Below, piece after piece: positions 1 to 9,007 of a stretch of 64,000 nt of DNA; position 1 is the first letter of the stretch, and each line of letters starts with the position of its first letter. The position numbers and the translations under genes were made by a program. The stretch is from Nitrospiraceae bacterium. Its GTDB lineage: Bacteria; Nitrospirota; Nitrospiria; Nitrospirales; Nitrospiraceae. Location: the NCBI GenBank assembly GCA_050246315.1, contig JBFWWG010000011.1, forward strand, positions 1-64,000, in the 5' to 3' direction. The notes beneath the pieces were generated by a model. The model was not told the DNA's origin. It did not search any database and was given only the letters and a program-made list of their open reading frames with translations.

Positions 1-1
1 A

Positions 2-745
2 ATGAATCCTGGCGAAGTTGTAATACATGAAATAGAGGTTCAGGGCATGGACATGATTCTCAATCTTTTTGCTGTGAGCATTCGTCAGCCGAGTAAACCG
101 CCTCATCCCCATCCGAATCTGTAGGTTCATCCGTTCTGCATAGCTCGTCGAAATATGCTTACCGTCTGGATTCCCCGCAATCCGATGGGTTTTGGTCCCA
201 CAGCACTGAGCAGGGCTATACCGCGTTGTCGCGCCCTCTTGCGGAGGGGCCGCGTAAATCTTCTCCAGCATGGCGTAATCGATCTCCGAGCCAAAGGCCC
301 CTTCTACAGCCTGTAGGTAGACCCGATGTCCATCCGTGGTTAGCTGGACTCGATGGGCTAGGCGAGAAGCCACGTCCGACATGAATTTCTCAGCGTAGAC
401 GGCGCTCCGCTCGCCGACGAGCCACGAAATCATGAGCTTGGTATCGGCGCAGATCGCCGTCCAGGTCCACACACTGCCGAATCCTAACTTTCCCTGTAAT
501 GCCTCCGGAAGATTCTTGTCTTTTGCATAACAGAAGGACCAAACCTCATCGGCCTGAACGCGCTTGCAGGGTAAGCGGCGCAACTGCTCATCCTGATACC
601 TTGCGCAGACGGTTCCTAGATCGCCCAAGAGCTTCAGGATCGTCGGCTTTGACACGCCAGTCATGCGAACCACGCTGTTGACGCTCGCGCCCTCAACCAG
701 CGCTGCGACTACCTGAGCCCTCCGCTTGCTGTCTAGCTTGTTCAT
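2..745 (-). CDS. IS1-like DDE transposase (3' end runs off the window; absent from the ORF track)
   Basis: Manual translation from ATG at 745: MNKLDSKRRAQVVAALVEGASVNSVVRMTGVSKPTILKLL (HTH)...VQADEVWSF...WTWTAICADTKL...QLTTDGHRVY...STSYAERMNLQIRMGMRRFTRLTNAHSKK...YYNFARIH. Open to the window edge; D-D-E motifs typical of IS1-like transposases. Confidence 0.9.
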   Translation of the reverse strand, partial: MNKLDSKRRAQVVAALVEGASVNSVVRMTGVSKPTILKLLGDLGTVCARYQDEQLRRLPCKRVQADEVWSFCYAKDKNLPEALQGKLGFGSVWTWTAICADTKLMISWLVGERSAVYAEKFMSDVASRLAHRVQLTTDGHRVYLQAVEGAFGSEIDYAMLEKIYAAPPQEGATTRYSPAQCCGTKTHRIAGNPDGKHISTSYAERMNLQIRMGMRRFTRLTNAHSKKIENHVHALNLYFMYYNFARIH

Positions 746-776
746 CTTCAAACCTACAGGTTGTTAACATATCCAC

Positions 777-815
777 TTGACGTCAGATAATATCTGATAT
801 AAAATCAGTTTGCAA
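777..815. promoter_or_regulatory. Overlapping divergent sigma70-like promoters with a palindromic operator
   Basis: Plus strand TTGACG(777-782)-17-TAAAAT(800-805); minus strand TTGCAA(815-810)-17-TATTAT(792-787); perfect inverted repeat TCAGATA-A-TATCTGA at 783-797. Confidence 0.7.
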
Positions 816-841
816 GTTAAAATCATGCGGAGATTGCCAAC

Positions 842-2005
842 ATGTTATTCACAGTGCCGCCGCTTAGCAGAGAAGAACTCATTGTTATTCAAAAGGTTGA
901 AGGAATTAGAGCGTCTCTAAAATATTCCCTTGGTACCCCAGTGCAAAGATGGTCAGGATTTTTGAGGAGAACGACCCTAGCCAGGGCTATACGAGGCTCA
1001 AACAGTATAGAGGGCTATAACGTGACGAAGGATGATGCCATGGCTGTTGTAGAGGGAGAGGAACCTTATGAAGCTGCAAAGGATGCATGGCACGCTGTTG
1101 TCGGCTACAGAAACGCTATGACGTATGTTCTGCAACTGGCGAATGATCCGCACTTCTCATACAACGACGGGCTGATTAGAAGCCTTCATTACATGATGCT
1201 TCAATACGACTTATCTAAGCACCCTGGGAGATGGCGACCGGGGCCGATCTTTATTCGTGACGAACAAAAGAATGAAATCGTCTATGAGGGTCCAGACGCT
1301 GAACTGGTCCCATCTCTTGTACGCAAGCTCATTGAATCACTTAACGCCGCAGATGGAACACCTGTAATCGTTAGAGCTGCCATGGCCCATCTTAATCTCA
1401 CGATGATTCACCCATTCTCAGATGGGAATGGTCGAATGGCTCGATGTCTTCAAACTCTTGTTATGGCCAGAGATGGTATCCTCGAACCTCAGTTTTGCAG
1501 TATTGAAGAATACCTCGGACGGAATACTCAGGCCTATTATGATGTTCTAGCGGAGGTTGGGAAAGGTTCTTGGCATCCAGAGAATGATGCAAGGCAGTGG
1601 ATTCGCTTTTGTCTCACTTCACATTACCGTCAAGCCAGCACACTGCTCAGGCGCACGAAGGAAACTCACCGTGTATGGGAAGAATTGGAGCTAGAAGTAA
1701 AAAAGCGCGGCTTGCCGGAAAGGGTCATACTCGCGTTGGCCGACGCTGCGTTCGGCTATCGGGTTAGAAACTCAACCTATCGCTCAGTGGCTGAAATTTC
1801 AGAGAATATGGCGAGTCGTGACCTGAAGGATCTCGTAGATGCTGGCCTACTGATGGCTTCTGGAGAGAGGCGGGGGAGATATTATCAATCATCTCCGATC
1901 CTTCTTTCAATAAGGCACCGAGCGCGCGAGTCAAAGGTGCCTGAGGGCGTAGACCCCTTTGTAGAAGTGGCGGCCACAGAACAAGCTGAGTTGCCGTTCA
2001 AGTAA
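842..2005 (+). CDS. Fic-family AMP transferase (class II) with C-terminal winged HTH
   Basis: Canonical HPFSDGNGRMAR motif; N-terminal inhibitory motif SNSIEG; C-terminal ISENMASRDLKDLVDAGLL..GERRGRYY wHTH-like segment. Confidence 0.92.
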   Translation: MLFTVPPLSREELIVIQKVEGIRASLKYSLGTPVQRWSGFLRRTTLARAIRGSNSIEGYNVTKDDAMAVVEGEEPYEAAKDAWHAVVGYRNAMTYVLQLANDPHFSYNDGLIRSLHYMMLQYDLSKHPGRWRPGPIFIRDEQKNEIVYEGPDAELVPSLVRKLIESLNAADGTPVIVRAAMAHLNLTMIHPFSDGNGRMARCLQTLVMARDGILEPQFCSIEEYLGRNTQAYYDVLAEVGKGSWHPENDARQWIRFCLTSHYRQASTLLRRTKETHRVWEELELEVKKRGLPERVILALADAAFGYRVRNSTYRSVAEISENMASRDLKDLVDAGLLMASGERRGRYYQSSPILLSIRHRARESKVPEGVDPFVEVAATEQAELPFK

Positions 2006-2011
2006 GGTGGG

Positions 2012-2146
2012 CTACTTCTTCTTGGCTGATCGCTTCTTGGGTTTGCGCCCGCTGGAAGGCACTAGCTGCTCTCCAATCGCAGCCTCTACGACTTCGCGGG
2101 CGATCTGGAAGGTGTCTTTGGACTGTTTCTTCTTTTTGGTCAGCAT
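2012..2146 (-). CDS. Small Lys-rich protein (44 aa), IS-associated
   Basis: Manual translation MLTKKKKQSKDTFQIAREVVEAAIGEQLVPSSGRKPKKRSAKKK; converges on the Fic gene inside the element. Confidence 0.5.
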   Translation of the reverse strand: MLTKKKKQSKDTFQIAREVVEAAIGEQLVPSSGRKPKKRSAKKK

Positions 2147-2442
2147 GGCTTACTATGCCATACCGTGAGGAGAGAGTCAGCTATGGCGCGAGTCAAACTT
2201 TACCAGTACCCGAAAATAGCAAACCTTGGCTAGAATACGGTTCTCCCAAACGGGTAGGATGACGAGTGGATATTTCGCGAATGACAAGTGCGTGGAGGGT
2301 GAACGGAAGGTGAGCCGACAGACGGCCGGCAGGAGCGAAGAGAGGGACGAGGAGGGCCGGGGGAGCTCCCGTGTCCCGACCTTGTCACCGTCAAAAAGCG
2401 CGTGGTAAGGTACTCGGCTCATTCAGGAATCGTTGATCCAGC

Positions 2443-3525
2443 GTGGGGTGGAAACTCATGATCTCTCAATATTGGCGGGGCTGCGGCAAGGTGAGCCTCC
2501 TGCTTTTCTTCTGCTTGTTCGCGGCGGGAGTGAACAGCCCGCTCGACGCTGCGGCCACCGGTACACCACCCCTTCCTGAAGCGGCGCTCAAGAGTCCAGC
2601 GGCCGCGCGACAGGCCATTTTGTTTGTCCTGGAGGGAGTGGGCAAGGACTCGTTAAAGACGGCGACCATGCCGGTCCTCAGCCGTCTGATCAAGACAGGG
2701 TCGGTAACCTGGGACGCGGCGGCAGTGAATCCGCCCCTACGACTCCCGACCATGGCCTCCCTCATCACGGGACTACCAGTAGAACGTCACGGGATTACGT
2801 GGAACAGTTTTGATTTTGCCAGGGGCTATCCGCGACCGCCGACGATGTTCGACTATCTGGATTTGAGCGGAGGTCGCGACACGACCATCTTCTACATGGA
2901 CGAGTCGCTCTATCAATTGGCCAAGCCGGAGCCCTATATCGATCATCAGATTTGCGGGGCGCTTCGCCCCGAATGCAATGCGACGACCGTGGTGTCCTAT
3001 ATCCGCCAGTATTTTAAGAAAGCCACCAGCGGGCATGGGTACGGCCATGCCATTCCATCACTACCGCACTTGCTGATCGTGCACTTGCCGGATGCCGGCC
3101 GAGCCGGTTCGGCCGAAGGGTGGACTTCCAAAAGCTATCGTGACGCGTTACAGACCGTCGATCGCGCGATGGGGGATGTGCTGACTATCTATGAGGATCT
3201 GGGGCTCTCCAAAGAGACAACCGTCTTTGTGACCTCCATCAGCCCACCGGGAGCCGACCATTTTGGAGATGCGGAGCCGGCCGCTGTCCAAGCAGGAGCC
3301 AATCCTCCTCATGTTCTGTGGTTGGCGTCGGGCGCCGGGGTCAAGCGGGGACATGTGATCGGAAATCCCGTGTCCCTCATCGATACAGGGGCTACGGTGA
3401 TGCGGGCTCTGGGGCTGGACACCGAAACGCATACGGAGTGGCAGAGCCACGTGATCAAGGAAGTGTTCACCAACGGATCAGGCGAGACCGATCGAACGTC
3501 GGGGACAGAGCGCCATGCTCATTAG
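2443..3525 (+). CDS. Exported alkaline phosphatase/NPP superfamily protein with a degenerate active site (start may be 2458 or later)
   Basis: Signal-like N-terminus; ILFVLEG, LPTMASLITG..HGI and HLPD..AG motifs follow the phosphodiesterase fold pattern. Confidence 0.75.
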   Translation: MGWKLMISQYWRGCGKVSLLLFFCLFAAGVNSPLDAAATGTPPLPEAALKSPAAARQAILFVLEGVGKDSLKTATMPVLSRLIKTGSVTWDAAAVNPPLRLPTMASLITGLPVERHGITWNSFDFARGYPRPPTMFDYLDLSGGRDTTIFYMDESLYQLAKPEPYIDHQICGALRPECNATTVVSYIRQYFKKATSGHGYGHAIPSLPHLLIVHLPDAGRAGSAEGWTSKSYRDALQTVDRAMGDVLTIYEDLGLSKETTVFVTSISPPGADHFGDAEPAAVQAGANPPHVLWLASGAGVKRGHVIGNPVSLIDTGATVMRALGLDTETHTEWQSHVIKEVFTNGSGETDRTSGTERHAH

Positions 3526-4018
3526 AAACAGAAGCGGCGCCGGGAGCACGATGAGGAGAGGAGTCGGCCCACGACAGATCGAGCCCGCAGTCCGCGCGAC
3601 GTCCTGGCTGATCCTGGAGAGGGTGCTGCTGATCACCCTCGTGGTCGGAGCGGTCCTGCCTGCCGCCGTGGCCTTCGGGGCATCTCCGGCAAAGGAATTT
3701 CCAATCACATTCGATGCCACGCGCCTGGAACCACCGTCATTATGGCAGATTCCAGGCCTGACGCCGGCCATCTGGACACTGGACCCGGAAAGCACGGATG
3801 CCTTGCGGACCGTAGATATCACGGAGCTGAAGCTGAAGCCAGGCACCTATTCATTCTGGACCTTTACGTTCAGTTTTCAGTTTACGGTCACCCAGGACGG
3901 GACCCTTGCATTCGAGAAGAAATACGATCAGTGTGTGAGCGGGCGCGGAACCCGCACCCTGGTGGTGAAATGCAAACGGATGCAGCCGTATGGGGGGCAG
4001 CGCGATTACGAGTACTAG
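3515..4018 (+). CDS. Hypothetical exported beta-rich protein
   Basis: Hydrophobic signal segment (LLITLVVGAVLPAAVAFG); overlaps the upstream gene; Cys pair near the C-terminus. Confidence 0.6.
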   Translation: MLIRNRSGAGSTMRRGVGPRQIEPAVRATSWLILERVLLITLVVGAVLPAAVAFGASPAKEFPITFDATRLEPPSLWQIPGLTPAIWTLDPESTDALRTVDITELKLKPGTYSFWTFTFSFQFTVTQDGTLAFEKKYDQCVSGRGTRTLVVKCKRMQPYGGQRDYEY

Positions 4019-4169
4019 TATCCTGTCTCAGAAATTCGTTCGTGGTGAGCCCTTCGACTGGCTCAGGACAGGCTTGTCGAACCAGGAACGGAATTCACTG
4101 AAAGTACGTGCCCTTCGACGGGCTCAGGGCGAACGGGTTATGAACGAAATTTGTGGGACGCGATACGAG
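4015..4169. repeat. MITE/REP-like element with imperfect terminal inverted repeats and two internal CCCTTCGAC(T/G)GGCTCAGG units
   Basis: Left end CTAGTATCCTGTCTCAGAAATTCGTTC vs reverse complement of right end CTCGTATCGCGTCCCACAAATTTCGTTC; 18-bp units at 4050-4067 and 4111-4128. Confidence 0.7.
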
Positions 4170-4171
4170 TA

Positions 4172-4432
4172 GGCTGTTGGAAAACATTTTGCGCACCTTC
4201 GAAAGAGACCATGCTGCACGTTCTCGGATGATGATGGAATATCATTCAGGGTGTTCAAAATGGCCGTCCAGCGAGGACCCAGCGAGTGCGAGGCAAATCG
4301 TACTCTTTTCGGTGCGGTGAGCCTCTAAGCGATACGAGAACAAAGCTGGCGGACTCCTGCCAGCTCACATTATTCATGAACCGTTCTCCTGCAATCACCA
4401 AGACGCCGTTGAACAAGTTTTTTTGAACAGCC
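4172..4432. repeat. Second MITE-like non-coding element
   Basis: Ends GGCTGTTGGAAAA ... TTTTGAACAGCC are inverted; no coding capacity; directly abuts the first element. Confidence 0.5.
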
Positions 4433-4462
4433 GACTAATCGCGGGAGGCGCGAGAGGGAATC

Positions 4463-5833
4463 ATGACACAGGCGGTGGAAGAGCTACTGGACGCATTGGA
4501 AGATGTCGATGATGCCACGCGGGAGGAGGCGGCGAAGGCGCTCGCGGAGCGCGCCGATCCCACCACGCTGGATGCATTGATCCAGGCCTGTGAAGACGAC
4601 TTCTGGTCCGTGCGGGCTGCCATCGCCAGGGGATTGGGCCGGATCGGTGGCGCCAAGGCCATGGAGGCGCTGGTGACACTGTTCAACGACCCCATCATGG
4701 AGACCCGCGAGGAAGCCGTCCGGGCTGCGGCCGGCATCGGTGCCTCCGCAGTCGAGCGCCTGATGGCCTGTCTCAAGGACGAGCGCTGGAGGGTCAGAGA
4801 ACATGCGGCCAAGACCTTGGGCGACATCAAGGATGCAAGCGCGGTCGACGGATTGATGCTGCTGTGCCGGGACCGTGATGGCGCGGTGAAGAGCGCGACG
4901 GCCGAGGCGCTTGGGAAGATCGGTGATCCCAAGGCCGTCCCCGTGTTGATCAAGTTATTCCGGGATTCTTCGAAGATCGTCCGCGAAACGGCCGGGACGG
5001 CGTTGGTGACGATTGGGAAGCCGTCGGTCGATCCCTTGATCGAGAGCCTGAAGGACAAGGATTTCGTCGTCCGCTGCCATGCCGCACGGGCGCTCGGCGG
5101 TATGACGACGGACTATCAAATCGGGCGAAGCTGGGTACGGGACGACAAGGTCGTGGAGGTGTTGTGCGCCGCCCTGAAAGATCCGGATCGCGCAGTTCGG
5201 GAGGATGCCACGATCGCGCTCGGCATGATCGGCGATCCACGGGCGATCGATCCGTTGATTGAGGCGATGAAGGATGGAGCGGTCAAGCGGCACGCCATCG
5301 CGTCGCTCGGCATGATCGGCGATCCGCGCGCCTTGCCGCCGGTGCTTGACGCCTTGAAAGGCAAGGGCATCAAGCAGGACGGCACGCCGACGCCGGGGTG
5401 CATTGTCAGCGAGGAAGCGTTCATCAAGGAGGCGGCCGCGACGGCGCTTGGACATTTCCGGGATCCACGCGTCATTCCCGACCTGATCATGCTGTTGAAG
5501 GACGGTGTCCTACGGGAGAAGGCTGCGGCGGCATTGGTCGTGATCGGGGATACGGCGATCGAACCCCTGATTTCGTTTGTACACGATCCCAAAGCGTCCG
5601 ACGTGGGGTCGGAGGGCGAGCGTGTCTGGTCGTTCGCGACGGCTCGTCTCAGTGCGGCGGACGCGCTCAGGAAGCTGGTGCTCGATACGTTGGAGCAGTT
5701 AGGTTGGACGCCGCCGGCTGAGGAAGCGGAGGTCGATTCCAGCCTAACGGACAATAAACGGGTGGACCGACCGCTCGGTGAAACCGGTCGATTCGGACCG
5801 TCCGGCGATTATATTCCCAGGAATGTCACGTAG
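4463..5833 (+). CDS. HEAT/PBS-lyase repeat protein 1
   Basis: Many L.D.D..VR..AA.ALG.IGD..AV repeats. Confidence 0.9.
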   Translation: MTQAVEELLDALEDVDDATREEAAKALAERADPTTLDALIQACEDDFWSVRAAIARGLGRIGGAKAMEALVTLFNDPIMETREEAVRAAAGIGASAVERLMACLKDERWRVREHAAKTLGDIKDASAVDGLMLLCRDRDGAVKSATAEALGKIGDPKAVPVLIKLFRDSSKIVRETAGTALVTIGKPSVDPLIESLKDKDFVVRCHAARALGGMTTDYQIGRSWVRDDKVVEVLCAALKDPDRAVREDATIALGMIGDPRAIDPLIEAMKDGAVKRHAIASLGMIGDPRALPPVLDALKGKGIKQDGTPTPGCIVSEEAFIKEAAATALGHFRDPRVIPDLIMLLKDGVLREKAAAALVVIGDTAIEPLISFVHDPKASDVGSEGERVWSFATARLSAADALRKLVLDTLEQLGWTPPAEEAEVDSSLTDNKRVDRPLGETGRFGPSGDYIPRNVT

Positions 5834-5958
5834 ACCGATCGGGCCGAACGCCGCTCGGCGGCATGCGGTGCCAGCGCACCGGCTGGATGTCAAACGCGTC
5901 GGCATTCCCCTGCGAGTCAGGCGGAGGGTATCGTCCGCAGCGGTCCGGAACCACGGCC

Positions 5959-7044
5959 ATGCCGAGTGACACCGTAGCCGAACAGATCGCCGCGCTTCGA
6001 GATGAAGATTGGGCCGTACGCGAGGAAGCCGCGCAGGCACTCGGGTCGTTCGGGGATGCACGCGCGGTGGGTCCGCTGCTGCCCCTCTTGCGCGATGAAG
6101 ATCGCGCCGTTCGGCAGGCGGCGGCGGACGCGCTGACGCTCATCGGGGAGGCGGCGGTGGTGCCGTTGCTGTCCTGTCTCGCAGAGGCCGACGGCGCGGC
6201 GCAGGAAGCGGCCGCGGGTATCCTTGCCGCCATCGGCGATGCCCGGGCGGTTCCGGCGCTGATCGCCGTGCTCACGAATCCCAACTGGGTACTACGGATG
6301 CACGGCGCGAAGGCGTTGGGCCGGATTGGAGCCCCTCAGGCAATCGAGGTGCTGGTTCCGCTGCTCCAGGACAAGGTCAAGGCGGTGCGGATCGAGGCCT
6401 CCTGGGCCTTGGCGAGGATCGGAGCTGCTGCCTTGCCGGCGCTACTCGAATCTGTTCGGCATCCGGACTGGCTGGTTCGGCTGCATGCCGTGGAGGCATT
6501 GGGCAAGGTGACGACGTCCGCATCCGTCGAGGCGTTGTTATTTGTCTTGTTCAACGATCCCGATCAGGCGGTCCGCGAGGATAGCGTCCGTGCCCTTGGC
6601 GAGATCGGTGATCCCCGCGCCGTCGAGTTTCTGCTGCGGGTGATCATGGAGCCCGGCCTTCGTCCTCTCGCCATCGAGGCACTGGGAGCCATTGGAGACC
6701 GACGGGCATTGCCGACTCTGATCGCGATCGCCAGCGGAAGAGCCAAGCCGGTGCAGACTCGGGTGATCGCAGGCTGCGGAGATCAATGGACGGAAGAACT
6801 GCTCGCGATGACCGAAGCGGTTCGGGCGTTGGGCCGGATCGGAGACGCGGAGGCCATCCCCGCTCTTGTCGCGGCCCTCGACAGCACCATCACTCGCGTC
6901 GAGTCGGCGGCGGCGCTCGTGCGGTTTGGAGCTCCGGCGGTGGCGCCGCTGCTGGCGGTGGTGAAAAACACGAGCGATGAGAACATTCGGTACTATGCGA
7001 AAGAAGCGCTCGCGTCGCTGGGATGGCGTCCCGGACGCCTGTGA
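5959..7044 (+). CDS. HEAT/PBS-lyase repeat protein 2
   Basis: Repeats DEDWAVREEAAQALG etc.; likely start ATG 5959 (MPSDTVAEQI). Confidence 0.9.
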   Translation: MPSDTVAEQIAALRDEDWAVREEAAQALGSFGDARAVGPLLPLLRDEDRAVRQAAADALTLIGEAAVVPLLSCLAEADGAAQEAAAGILAAIGDARAVPALIAVLTNPNWVLRMHGAKALGRIGAPQAIEVLVPLLQDKVKAVRIEASWALARIGAAALPALLESVRHPDWLVRLHAVEALGKVTTSASVEALLFVLFNDPDQAVREDSVRALGEIGDPRAVEFLLRVIMEPGLRPLAIEALGAIGDRRALPTLIAIASGRAKPVQTRVIAGCGDQWTEELLAMTEAVRALGRIGDAEAIPALVAALDSTITRVESAAALVRFGAPAVAPLLAVVKNTSDENIRYYAKEALASLGWRPGRL

Positions 7045-7107
7045 GTGGCAACGGGAGACGCCCGGCGCCGCGGTTTTTGCGGTTTAGTGTGAGGGAATGA
7101 GGAACCG

Positions 7108-8208
7108 ATGGCCAGGGAAACGATCGAGACGCTGATCGCGGAATTGGTCCACGAAGAAGATTGGCGTCGCATGCGGGCCACTGCGGCCTGTCTGTCCGGC
7201 GGCCCCAAGGCCGTGCAAGGCCTCATCCATGCACTGCGGACCGGCGGCTCGGCTCTCCAGATCGAGGCGGCGGCCATGCTGGCTCGTATGAAAGACCCAC
7301 ATGCCGGGGTGGCGTTGGTCAAGCTGTTGCACGATCAGGAGGCGAGCGTGCGCAAAGCGGGAGCCCAAGCGTTGGAACAGATGGCCGGGGTCCTGGAACT
7401 CGACGCTGCGACCGCATTGGTTCAGGATCTCCATGAGTTGAAGGACGAAGAGATCCGGACGCTCGTGACCGCCCTGTTGGGGATTATTCCGAACGCCATC
7501 GATCCCCTCTGCGGGCTTCTCCGCCATCCCGACCGGGAGGCCCGCGTGACGGCGGCGGCACTGTTGGAACACCTGATGGAGCCGGTCTCCGCCGATGCCC
7601 TGGTTGATGCGATGGGCGATCCCGATTTGACCGAGGTCGCCGTGCGTACGCTCAAAAAATTGGGCGCGATTCGGGATCGTATCGATGCGGCCATGAACGC
7701 GTTGCGGGACGTGGAGGGTTCGGTCGAACGCGAAGAGGCGCGGATGGCGACCGTGATTGATTTGTTGGGCGTGGGTCGTCCGGCGGTGCAGATCCTGATC
7801 GAGTACCTCGACGACGAGGACTGGGTGGTGCGGGAAGCGGCGGCGGATCTGCTGGGTAAAATCGGCGATGCCCGGGCCGTCGTGCCCCTGATGGAGCGTC
7901 TGAGGAAGGACAAGGACACGGGGGTTAAGGAGTATGCGCTCAAGTCGCTCGGGCTGATCGGGGACGCCAGGCCGGTCGAATTGTACGTCGAAGCCATTCC
8001 GATCAGGCCCTTGCGCGTCTTCGCGATGGAGGCGCTGGCGAAGATCAAGGATGTGGAGGTCCTGCGCCCGCATGGCGAACTCTTTGAACGGCTGAAAACG
8101 GATCGGGACGGATTGGTCGCCTATAACTCGGGGTTAATCGTGGATAAATTGACCGCGCTGGCCGAGGCGCAGGCCGCGCATGTGCAGGAGGCGGAAACCG
8201 GTGGATGA
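7108..8208 (+). CDS. HEAT/PBS-lyase repeat protein 3
   Basis: DEDWVVREAAADLLGKIGDARAV repeats; RBS GAGG upstream. Confidence 0.9.
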   Translation: MARETIETLIAELVHEEDWRRMRATAACLSGGPKAVQGLIHALRTGGSALQIEAAAMLARMKDPHAGVALVKLLHDQEASVRKAGAQALEQMAGVLELDAATALVQDLHELKDEEIRTLVTALLGIIPNAIDPLCGLLRHPDREARVTAAALLEHLMEPVSADALVDAMGDPDLTEVAVRTLKKLGAIRDRIDAAMNALRDVEGSVEREEARMATVIDLLGVGRPAVQILIEYLDDEDWVVREAAADLLGKIGDARAVVPLMERLRKDKDTGVKEYALKSLGLIGDARPVELYVEAIPIRPLRVFAMEALAKIKDVEVLRPHGELFERLKTDRDGLVAYNSGLIVDKLTALAEAQAAHVQEAETGG

Positions 8209-8971
8209 GCTACAGCAAGACTCCGATCGCATCGCGCAACTGATCTCGGCCTTGCGCGACGAGAATGAGGCGCTTCGAGATCATGCGATTGCCAGCTTGG
8301 GGCAGGCGGGACCGGAGGCCCTGCCGCAGTTGATCGACCTGATGGCCGACGAGGATGCCATGATCCGAGAGGCGGCGACCAGCGCCGTGGTCCGTATGGG
8401 GCCGGTGGCTGTCGAGCCGATGATCGCGGCCTTGCGGGAAAGCGATGAATGGGCAATCCGCGAACAGACCGTGCACGCGCTCGGCAAGCTCAAGGACCCT
8501 CGCGGCGTGGATGCCGTGATGGCGGCGATCAAGGACCGGGACGGAGCCGTGCGTGGCGCAGCGGTGTGGGCCTTGGAACGCATCGGCGATTCGCGCGCGG
8601 TCCCCGGGTTGATCGATGCGCTGTACGACCACAACCTTCGGGAAGATGCCGCCCGTGCGCTCAAAAAAGTCGGCGACGTGCGGGCCGTGGAGGCGCTAAT
8701 CGAGGGGTTGCTGGGTCCGAACTGGATGGTGCGCCGACATGCCGCTGAAGCGCTCGGACGGATCGGCGATCCGCGTGGATTCGATCCGTTGGTGCATTCG
8801 CTCAAAGATGAGGATTGGTTGGTGCGGCGGAATGCGGCGGAATCGCTGGCCCGTTTGGGAGACGCCCGCGCGATCGAGTCTCTGGTGCCCTTGCTGGAAG
8901 ATGAGAACACGATGGTCCAGGAAACCGTGGAAGCGGTTCTGGCGAGTCTCGGATGGAAGGGATCGCAATAG
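8201..8971 (+). CDS. HEAT/PBS-lyase repeat protein 4
   Basis: Pure repeat array; GTG start overlaps the upstream stop (GTGGATGA) with GGAGG upstream. Confidence 0.9.
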   Translation: MDELQQDSDRIAQLISALRDENEALRDHAIASLGQAGPEALPQLIDLMADEDAMIREAATSAVVRMGPVAVEPMIAALRESDEWAIREQTVHALGKLKDPRGVDAVMAAIKDRDGAVRGAAVWALERIGDSRAVPGLIDALYDHNLREDAARALKKVGDVRAVEALIEGLLGPNWMVRRHAAEALGRIGDPRGFDPLVHSLKDEDWLVRRNAAESLARLGDARAIESLVPLLEDENTMVQETVEAVLASLGWKGSQ

Positions 8972-9007
8972 CCGCACATCTGATGAGTGTGCGAGAGGAG
9001 TGGCTCC

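Larger units (their letters stand above)
1..2210 (-). mobile_element. IS1-like transposon with passenger genes (right end only)
   Basis: Transposase + Fic + small basic ORF, visibly lower GC than the flank. Putative terminal repeat TCAAACTTTACCAGTACC at 2193-2210; the partner end is outside the window. Confidence 0.65.

Noticed and set aside
4050..4128. Two 18-bp direct repeats as a mini-CRISPR
   Set aside because: Only two short copies, REP-like context, no cas genes.
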